From Deltaproteobacteria bacterium HGW-Deltaproteobacteria-17 (lineage in GTDB: Bacteria; Myxococcota_A; Polyangia; HGW-17), in contig PHBF01000001.1 in assembly GCA_002841905.1 (NCBI GenBank), positions 1 to 40,512 of the forward strand: a DNA stretch of 40,512 nucleotides, in the 5' to 3' direction. A program made the translations under genes and the position numbers. Positions within the stretch are counted from its first letter, which is position 1, and every line of letters begins with the position of its first letter. Shown piece after piece: positions 1 through 10,335 of the stretch. The notes under the pieces were generated by a model. It ran no database searches, was not told where the DNA came from, and was given only the letters and a program-made list of their open reading frames with translations.

Positions 1-4
1 GTTC

Positions 5-1036
5 ATGGCGCCTCCTCCGCCGGCCGCGCCCGCCCCCTTTGCGGCCCCCGCGCCCTTCGCCGCGCCGCCTCCGGCGCCGATGGCGCCCCCGGTCGTCGAC
101 GAGAGCAGCGATGAGCTTCCCTTCACACCCCCGGCCGCGCACGGCGGCTTCGAGATGGCCGACACCGTCTGCGCCGACGATGAGCAGCAGCAGATGGTCC
201 TGCCCCAAGCCACGCCCGAAGCCGGCGCCAAGGTCTGCTCGCAGTGCGGCACCGCCATCACCCCTGGGTTCAAGTTCTGCGGCAACTGCGGCAGCCCGGC
301 CATCGTGGACGCGCCGGTTCAACCTTCCCTGGATTCCACGATCCCGGCGCCCGCCCCCTTCGCCGCGCCTGCCCCCGTCCCAGCGCCGGTGGCGGCCCCG
401 GCCCCGGTTCCGGTGGCCCGGCTGATCGTGCAGCGTCCCGACGGCTCCACCGCCCCGGTCATCGACATGTTCGAAGGGGAGACCATCCTGGGCCGTTCGA
501 CGCACGCGGCCTTCTCCAACGACTATTACATGTCCCCCAACCACTGCAAGCTCACCATCGACAGCGGCTCGATCTTCGTCGAAGACCTCGGAAGCCTCAA
601 CGGCACGTTCTTCCGGCTGTCCCACGAGGAGCTCCTGCACGACGGAGACGTGTTCCGCGTCGGCACCGAGGTGCTGCGCTACCGGGCCCTTCCACCGGTG
701 GACGCCCTCGACGACGGCACCATCATCGCCGGCAGTCCGAACCTCGACGCCTGGGGCCGCCTCGAATTGATCATGGGCAAGGACGCGCCCGGACAGGCCT
801 TCGCGATGACCGGTGAACGCATCCGGATCGGCCGCGAGGAAGGGGACATCACGTTCCCGGATGATGGCTACGTCTCCGGTGAACACCTGGAAGTCACGCG
901 GATGGACAACGCGTCGTATCTGATCGACCTGAACTCCTCCAACGGCACCTACCTGAACATCAAAAACTTGATGGAGCTCGATCCGGCTACACCCATCCTC
1001 ATGGGATATCAACTGTACCGGATCGAACTGCTGTAA
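5..1036 (+). CDS. Zinc-ribbon plus tandem FHA-domain protein (N-terminus may continue upstream of the window)
   Basis: ORF 5..1036. There is no in-frame stop between nt 2 and the ATG, so the 5' end is uncertain. Zinc-ribbon knuckles CSQCG...FCGNCG. Two FHA-like modules (ILGRS..NHCKL..DLGSLNGTF and RIGRE..SGEHLEV..DLNSSNGTY). The Pro/Ala-rich motif APAPFAAPAP occurs twice. High GC3 in this frame. Confidence 0.8.
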   Translation: MAPPPPAAPAPFAAPAPFAAPPPAPMAPPVVDESSDELPFTPPAAHGGFEMADTVCADDEQQQMVLPQATPEAGAKVCSQCGTAITPGFKFCGNCGSPAIVDAPVQPSLDSTIPAPAPFAAPAPVPAPVAAPAPVPVARLIVQRPDGSTAPVIDMFEGETILGRSTHAAFSNDYYMSPNHCKLTIDSGSIFVEDLGSLNGTFFRLSHEELLHDGDVFRVGTEVLRYRALPPVDALDDGTIIAGSPNLDAWGRLELIMGKDAPGQAFAMTGERIRIGREEGDITFPDDGYVSGEHLEVTRMDNASYLIDLNSSNGTYLNIKNLMELDPATPILMGYQLYRIELL

Positions 1037-1047
1037 CCGGCCCTGTC

Positions 1048-1635
1048 ATGGAAAAAGACCGCCGCAGTCTCATCCTGGATTGCGCCAAGGAGCTCTTTGC
1101 CACCCGTGGCTACCATTCCACCGGCATCTCCGACATCATCGAAAAAGCCCAGGTGGCCCGGGGTACTTTTTATTTATATTTTGACTCCAAGCGCGCCGTT
1201 TTCGATGTGCTGCTGGAGTCCGCCTTCGAGACGATCCTGTCCTCGGTCAAGCCCGTGATCGTGGGGCCCACCCCTGATCGCGACAACATCCTGAAGCAGC
1301 TGCGAATCAACCTCGGTCGCGCGCTGGCGCCCCTGTTCGCCGATCGTCATCTGGCCCGCATCGTGGTCAGCCAGGCCGAGACCCTCGACGAGGCCGCCGC
1401 CGCACGCATGGAGGCCTTCTATGCGGCCCTGCGGCACTACCTCGAGGAGAGCCTCCAGGAAGGCCAGGAGAAGCACGTGATCCGGCAACTGAACACAAAG
1501 ATCGTCGCCACGGCCGCCGTGGGCATGATCAAGGGCATCGTCTGGACGCACGCGACCGGCTCGGAGTCCTTCGACTACCACGAGGTCGTCGAGGAGATCG
1601 TGGAGTGGGCCGCGATGGGCATCGTCACGCGGTGA
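1048..1635 (+). CDS. TetR/AcrR-family transcriptional regulator
   Basis: 195 aa. N-terminal HTH signature ILDCAKELFATRGYHSTGISDIIEKAQVARGTFYLYFDSKRAVF is typical of TetR_N. Starts 11 nt after the upstream stop. Confidence 0.9.
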   Translation: MEKDRRSLILDCAKELFATRGYHSTGISDIIEKAQVARGTFYLYFDSKRAVFDVLLESAFETILSSVKPVIVGPTPDRDNILKQLRINLGRALAPLFADRHLARIVVSQAETLDEAAAARMEAFYAALRHYLEESLQEGQEKHVIRQLNTKIVATAAVGMIKGIVWTHATGSESFDYHEVVEEIVEWAAMGIVTR

Positions 1636-1647
1636 AGAGGGAGTAAT

Positions 1648-2691
1648 ATGATGTTGTGGTGGGTCCTTCTGCGTTGTTTCCTCCTGCTGCAGCCTCAGGA
1701 GCTCTCCTCCCACGAGGAGCTCTGGGGCGAGTCCACCGTCGCGCAGGTGAAGGACTGGCAGGCGGCGCGCGAAGCGGCACGCGTCGCCGGCCTGGAGGCC
1801 GTGCTACGGGAACTGTGGAGCCAGCGCGCCGCGCCGTCGCTGTTCATGGGGATTCCCGCTGACGAGGTCGACCGGATCCAGAAGATCGTGATGTCGAAGA
1901 AATCGTCGTTCCTGATCGGTCTTTCGGGCATCCAGGAGAACCGCAGCGCCACGGGAGCCTACACGTTCCGGGCGCTCTATCAGATCGACGTCGCAGGTTT
2001 CCTCCGTGAGATCAAGCGTCTGCTGCTCTTCAGCAAGCTCCGCACCGTGCATGTGTACCTCGAATCGACCGAACCGGCCTGGGCTGCCGCGGACTGGTCC
2101 TCCCAGTTGTCCCAGCCCGGTCTCTCGTGTGTCGTGAAGACGGAAAAGCTGCCGGAACACTGCCCGGTCGACTTCTGCATCCAGGCGCAGTCCCGACGTT
2201 CGGCCGAGGGATGGGAAGCCCTGATCAGGCTGCGCACCACGACGCGGATCGAGGCGCCCAAACCCAGGCGCGGTCCGAGACCCAAGCCGACGGAGAAGTC
2301 CGCCGATGAGTCCTTCTCCACGGTGGCCACGGTGCAGCAGGGGCTCTATCTCCAGTTGCCTCCGGCGCTGCTTTCGCGCCTGGGCGTCACACCCACCGTG
2401 GCCGTCCAGATCCAGTCTCCCGGAACGCTGGACTTCGCTGCCTGGATGCAGGTCCTGTTCCTGATCCAGCGGCAGGAACCCGAGATCGTCGCCCTGCGCA
2501 CGATCGGGCTCCTCTCGGGCAGGAACACGGCCGTCTTCCATGTGCGCCAGGCGCCAGGCGGTCGCGACATGTGGTTCAAAGGCCTGTATCTTGGAAAAAA
2601 CGTGACCGCCACCTGGAAGAAGCGCGCCGACGGCGTGATCGAACTGCAGGTCGAGACACCGAAAACCCTGCCGGAAAGCCGACCGCAGTAA
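1648..2691 (+). CDS. Hypothetical protein with hydrophobic N-terminus (possibly exported); no recognisable domain
   Basis: 347-aa ORF with strong G/C third-position bias in this frame. GGGAG lies just upstream of the ATG. N-terminus MMLWWVLLRCFLLLQP is hydrophobic. A basic/Pro-rich linker (KPRRGPRPKPTEK) sits mid-protein. Confidence 0.6.
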   Translation: MMLWWVLLRCFLLLQPQELSSHEELWGESTVAQVKDWQAAREAARVAGLEAVLRELWSQRAAPSLFMGIPADEVDRIQKIVMSKKSSFLIGLSGIQENRSATGAYTFRALYQIDVAGFLREIKRLLLFSKLRTVHVYLESTEPAWAAADWSSQLSQPGLSCVVKTEKLPEHCPVDFCIQAQSRRSAEGWEALIRLRTTTRIEAPKPRRGPRPKPTEKSADESFSTVATVQQGLYLQLPPALLSRLGVTPTVAVQIQSPGTLDFAAWMQVLFLIQRQEPEIVALRTIGLLSGRNTAVFHVRQAPGGRDMWFKGLYLGKNVTATWKKRADGVIELQVETPKTLPESRPQ

Positions 2692-2722
2692 CCCGGGCAG
2701 CGTCCTTCATCAGGAACAAGAC

Positions 2723-3043
2723 ATGCATCATCTTCACCGTTTCATCTTTTTCTCAGTTGCGATGGTCCTGGCAGCGACCTCCTGTTCCCACGTCACCTTC
2801 GCGCCGAAGTCCCGACAGGGTTTGATGCTGCTGGCGATCCCGCCTTCGGCCCAGGTCTACGTCGACCACAGGTACTGGGGCACCGGGATCGAACTGGAGC
2901 GGATCCCCCGCCTGCTCCCCATCGGACGTCACGAGCTGCTGATCGTCACGCCGGACCATTATCCCTACTACTCCACCTTCACCCTCAAGGCGCATGAACT
3001 GCTGCGCCGCAGGCCCGGGCTGGTCCGGATCTCGGAGAAATGA
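2723..3043 (+). CDS. Small PEGA-domain-like lipoprotein
   Basis: 106 aa. Signal peptide with lipobox (VLAATS-C). The body VYVDHRYWGTG...LPIGRHELLIVTPDHYPYYSTFTL resembles the PEGA motif (VxVDG..G.TP....l..G.H.l.v...GY). Confidence 0.6.
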   Translation: MHHLHRFIFFSVAMVLAATSCSHVTFAPKSRQGLMLLAIPPSAQVYVDHRYWGTGIELERIPRLLPIGRHELLIVTPDHYPYYSTFTLKAHELLRRRPGLVRISEK

Positions 3044-3046
3044 CCG

Positions 3047-4165
3047 ATGGATAAACCCTACGGCTTCGGATCACCCCGACGCACGCACCTGTTCCTCCAG
3101 ATCGCGATGCTCCTCGGAGCCCTGCTACTGATCGCGAACCTGCTCGTGCTGCTGATGCCGCTGGTCATCCCGGTTCTGATCTCGTTCTTCCTGGCGTACT
3201 TCTGCAACCCGTTCGTCACGCGGCTCGAAAAGCGGAGGGTTCCACGGACCGTCGGCATCCTGATCCTGCTCTCGCTGTTCGTGTTGTTCGTCTTCTTCTT
3301 CGTGCTGTTCATCGTGCCCCTGCTGGCCTCCCAGCTCGACGAGTTCATCCGCAAGATTCCCGGCTACACCATGGCCGTCAAGGCCTGGCTGATCCCCCGC
3401 ATCGAGAGCCTGCTGGACACGACGCTGCCCAACGCCTCCGAGGTGCTGGCCTCGGCCATGGACCGCTTCGGCTCGGACCTCTCCACCATCGCCCGTGACG
3501 CCGCCTCCCCCCTGCGCGAGGTGGCCACCTTCGCCGCGGCCGGCACCTACTTCCTCTTCACGTTTCTGGCCACGCTGTTCCTGATCCCGTTCTTCACGTT
3601 CTTCCTGCTGCGTGACTTCGACAAGCTCGGCCGGGTCTGGACGCGTCTGGTGCCCGCGCGCCACCACTGGTGGATGAAGGACCTGCTGCACGACATGGAC
3701 GGCACGATGAGCTCCTGGCTGCGCGGACAGATCCTGGTCATGGTCATCCTGGGCACCCTGTACTCCATCGGCTATTCCTGGATCGGCATCACCCTGAGCC
3801 TGTTCATCGGCCTGCTGACCGGTTTCATGGCCTTCATCCCCTACGTGGGCGCCTTCATCGGCTTCCTCCTTGCGCTCACCATGGCCATCCTCGACGGCGG
3901 TGGCTTCGGACCGGTCGTGGGCGTCTGCGTCGTCTTCGGCGGCGTGCAGATCCTCGACGGCTTCTTCATCACGCCCAACGTGCTGGGCAAGAGCGTCGGT
4001 CTCAACCCGGCGCTCGTGGTCGCCGCCTTGATGACCTTCGGCATCCTGTGGGGCTTCTGGGGCGCGCTCATCGCGGTGCCCTTCGCCGCCCTGCTGGCCG
4101 TGTTGACCCGCCACACCCTCAAGCTCTATCAGGGATCGGAATTTTATAATCGTTCCGAATCCTGA
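3047..4165 (+). CDS. AI-2E family transporter (UPF0118/PerM-like permease)
   Basis: 372 aa with multiple hydrophobic helices. Conserved-looking C-terminal half (GQILVMVILGTLYSIGYSWIG, FIPYVGAFIGF, ITPNVLGKSVGLNPALVV..FGILWGFWGALIAVP) is typical of the family. The ATG is 3 nt after the upstream stop. Confidence 0.85.
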   Translation: MDKPYGFGSPRRTHLFLQIAMLLGALLLIANLLVLLMPLVIPVLISFFLAYFCNPFVTRLEKRRVPRTVGILILLSLFVLFVFFFVLFIVPLLASQLDEFIRKIPGYTMAVKAWLIPRIESLLDTTLPNASEVLASAMDRFGSDLSTIARDAASPLREVATFAAAGTYFLFTFLATLFLIPFFTFFLLRDFDKLGRVWTRLVPARHHWWMKDLLHDMDGTMSSWLRGQILVMVILGTLYSIGYSWIGITLSLFIGLLTGFMAFIPYVGAFIGFLLALTMAILDGGGFGPVVGVCVVFGGVQILDGFFITPNVLGKSVGLNPALVVAALMTFGILWGFWGALIAVPFAALLAVLTRHTLKLYQGSEFYNRSES

Positions 4166-4216
4166 TTGGCGGTCGTTCGTATACATGGTAATAATACCGG
4201 CACAGGAGGACGACGG

Positions 4217-6295
<2,079 letters not shown>

Positions 6296-6314
6296 CACCC
6301 ACGGCAGGTGACCC

Positions 6315-7424
<1,110 letters not shown>

Positions 7425-7429
7425 ACCCC

Positions 7430-8953
7430 ATGCTGCCTCCGTACCTCCAGGAAATGCAGACACAGGTAGAGGCCGTCGCCCGCACCGCGGGCCTGGACTT
7501 CTTCGAGACGCGGTTCATCCTCGTGGATACCAAGACCATCAACGAGGTCGCCGCCTACGGCGGGTTCCCCTCGAGATACCCGCACTGGCGCTTCGGCATG
7601 GAATACGACCGTCTGGCCAAGGGCTCGCGCTACGGCCTGAGCAAGATCTACGAGCTCGTGATCAACAACGACCCCTGCTACGCCTACCTCCTCGAGGGAA
7701 ACAACCTGGTCGATCAGAAGATGGTCATGGCCCACGTGATGGCCCACAACGACTTCTTCAAGAACAACGTGTACTTCAAGTTCACCAACCGCAAGATGAT
7801 CGACGAGATGGCCAACCATGCCGTTAAAGTTCAAAAGATTATTGACCGTATCGGCATCGAGTCCGTGGAAAACTTCATTGACATCTGCCACAGCATGGAC
7901 AACCTGATCGATCCCTACAGCCTCTTCATCGCCCGGCCGCCCGCGACCCGCAAGGAGCTCGAGGACCTGATCGAGGAGGCCCGGCTGGCCGCGGCCGACA
8001 CCCCCGTCGGGCCCGAGGCCGAGAAGAAGGGTGCCGTGCGTTCCTACATGAAGGGCTTCCTCGCAGGCGACCGCAAGAACGTCGCCGAGACGCCGGTCCC
8101 CTCCGTCGGCCTGCGGAAGGAGCCCATCAACCCCACGCGCGACGTGCTGGGCTTCCTGCTGAACTGTGCGCCCCTGGAGGACTGGCAGCGCACGATCCTG
8201 GAGATCGTCCGCGAGGAGGCGTACTACTTCGCCCCCCAGGCCATGACCAAGATCATGAACGAGGGATGGGCCACCTTCTGGCACAGCCGGCTGATGACCC
8301 ATCACCTGATCGACGCCTCCGAGGTCATCCAGTTCGCGCACACCACCTCCGGCGTCACCGCCCAGGCACCGGGTCAGTTGAACCCGTACAAGATGGGCGT
8401 GGAGTTGTTCCGCGACATCGAACACCGGTGGAACCGCGGAATGCACGGCAAGGCCTGGCGCGACTGCGACGACTACGAGAAGAAGAAACACTGGGACACC
8501 GGGGCCGGAGAGGGTCTGCAGAAGATCTTCGAGGTGCGTCGCATGTTCAACGACGTCACCTTCATCGACGAGTTCCTCACGCCCGAGTTCCTGACCGAGC
8601 GGCTTTTCTACACGTACGATTACAGCCGCTCCAAGAACGAGTACGTCATCTCCTCGCGGGAGTTCTCGGAGATCAAGAGCCGCCTGCTGTTCCAGTTGAC
8701 CAACGGCGGACACCCGATCATCGCCGTGACCGATTCCGACTACGTCAACCGGGGCGAACTGCTCCTCGAACACAAGCACTACGGCGTGGATCTCGAGGTG
8801 CCCTACGCCAAGAGCACCCTGGAAAACCTCTTCACCATCTGGAAAAAGCCAGTCAATCTGGTCACGAAGGTCAAGGATCACCCCATGCTGCTGAGCTTCG
8901 ACGGCTCGGAACACACCTCCCGGGAGCTCCCCGTGTCCGCCGTTGGCGGTTGA
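7430..8953 (+). CDS. spoVR: SpoVR/YcgB-family protein
   Basis: The ORF track extends to 7220 and overlaps yeaH, which is an artefact. The ATG at 7430 (MLPPYLQEMQ) lies 5 nt after the yeaH stop; an in-frame GTG at 7421 is an alternative start. Motifs MAHVMAHNDFFKNN and MNEGWATFWHSRLM are typical of SpoVR. Confidence 0.88.
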   Translation: MLPPYLQEMQTQVEAVARTAGLDFFETRFILVDTKTINEVAAYGGFPSRYPHWRFGMEYDRLAKGSRYGLSKIYELVINNDPCYAYLLEGNNLVDQKMVMAHVMAHNDFFKNNVYFKFTNRKMIDEMANHAVKVQKIIDRIGIESVENFIDICHSMDNLIDPYSLFIARPPATRKELEDLIEEARLAAADTPVGPEAEKKGAVRSYMKGFLAGDRKNVAETPVPSVGLRKEPINPTRDVLGFLLNCAPLEDWQRTILEIVREEAYYFAPQAMTKIMNEGWATFWHSRLMTHHLIDASEVIQFAHTTSGVTAQAPGQLNPYKMGVELFRDIEHRWNRGMHGKAWRDCDDYEKKKHWDTGAGEGLQKIFEVRRMFNDVTFIDEFLTPEFLTERLFYTYDYSRSKNEYVISSREFSEIKSRLLFQLTNGGHPIIAVTDSDYVNRGELLLEHKHYGVDLEVPYAKSTLENLFTIWKKPVNLVTKVKDHPMLLSFDGSEHTSRELPVSAVGG

Positions 8954-8955
8954 TC

Positions 8956-10335
8956 ATGGCCCACGTCGGAGACCGGATCATCACCCGCATCGTCGATCTG
9001 ACGCCGGATTGGGAAGGCGTGGGCGTCTTTGGGGCCACCCCGGAAGCCGGGCGTGCCTTGGACTCCGCGGACCCGGCAAAGTCCACCGCCCCGCCACAGG
9101 ATGGAGACCTCGTGCGGGTACCCGGCGTGTGGCCGGGTGACATCGTCGAATGTGCGCTCCTGGCCCGAAGCCGGCACCACGGACACTGGTTCGGACGTGC
9201 GATGCGGGTCGTGGCCCACGGCGTCACCCGCCAGAGGAGCGTCTGTCCCGTGCAGGCCGCCTGTGGCGGCTGTGCCGCGCTGACCATCCCCTACGAAGCC
9301 CAGGTCGCCCGGAAACGGGCACACCTTGAGTCCCTGTTCCCGGGTGCGGGCTTCGTCTCGGCCCCGCAGCCCCTGCGCTATCGCGACAAGGTCAAGTGGA
9401 TCGTCGGCCCCGGCTCCGATGGCCGACCGACCGTCGGTTTCTACCGTCATGACTCCCACAACTTCCTGCCGATCTCCGACTGCGCCGTGCTCGCGCCGGC
9501 GCTGGCCCGGCTGGGTCGCGAGCTTCCCGGCGTGATCGCTGAGGTACCGATCTACAACGAGGCCGATCAAACCGGCCTGCTGCGCGCGATCCTGGCCAAG
9601 TGCACCTCCGCCGGCGAACTGCTGGTGACCTTCGTCGTCGCGGCCCGGCCCGACGCGGACATGGAAGCCAGGCTCTCGGCCGCCGGGACCCTCGAGGGGG
9701 TCTCGGGCGTCACCTGCAACCTGAACCCGGGAACCGGAAACCGGCTCACCGGCCATGTCGAATGGACGCTTGCGGGGGCGGATTCCCTCCGCGAGAGCGA
9801 TCATCCGGCCGGATACCTCGTCAACGCCACCTGCTTCTCCCAGGCGCATCATGCCATGGCCAAGGCGGCCGTCGAGACCATCGTCGGAGCGCTGCGTCCG
9901 GTGACCGAGCCGGTGCTTGACCTTTTTTGTGGAGTGGGCCCCATTGCCCTGGCCCTGGCCGCCGACGGCCACGCGGTGACCGGGGTGGAGCTCGAATCCC
10001 GCGCCATCGAGCTGGCCCGACAGGCGGATCCGTCACGGGCGTGGATCACCGCGGACGTGAACCGCACCGAGGCGCTGCCCACCCCCGTCGGAGACTTCGC
10101 CCTCGTGGTGAACCCGCCACGACAGGGGCTCTCCGCCGGGCTGGTGGCCTGGATCCAGGCCCAACCGATCCGGACGCTCGTGTATATGAGTTGCAACCCG
10201 CTGACCCTTGCCCGCGACGCGGCCCGCCTCACGGCCGCATCTTTCACCCTTGACACCGCCACAGGGTTCGATATGTTTCCTCAGACGCCATGGTTTGAAA
10301 CGGTAGCCCTTTTCTGTCGTCAGGAGAAATCATGA
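8956..10335 (+). CDS. 23S rRNA (uracil-C5)-methyltransferase, RlmD/RumA (TrmA) family, with Cys cluster
   Basis: The ORF track begins at 8266 inside spoVR, which is an artefact. The ATG at 8956 (MAHVGDRII) lies 2 nt after the spoVR stop. Fe-S-type Cys motif CPVQAACGGCAAL, SAM fold DLFCGVGPIAL, catalytic-type motifs VVNPPRQGL and YMSCNPLTLARD. Confidence 0.85.
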   Translation: MAHVGDRIITRIVDLTPDWEGVGVFGATPEAGRALDSADPAKSTAPPQDGDLVRVPGVWPGDIVECALLARSRHHGHWFGRAMRVVAHGVTRQRSVCPVQAACGGCAALTIPYEAQVARKRAHLESLFPGAGFVSAPQPLRYRDKVKWIVGPGSDGRPTVGFYRHDSHNFLPISDCAVLAPALARLGRELPGVIAEVPIYNEADQTGLLRAILAKCTSAGELLVTFVVAARPDADMEARLSAAGTLEGVSGVTCNLNPGTGNRLTGHVEWTLAGADSLRESDHPAGYLVNATCFSQAHHAMAKAAVETIVGALRPVTEPVLDLFCGVGPIALALAADGHAVTGVELESRAIELARQADPSRAWITADVNRTEALPTPVGDFALVVNPPRQGLSAGLVAWIQAQPIRTLVYMSCNPLTLARDAARLTAASFTLDTATGFDMFPQTPWFETVALFCRQEKS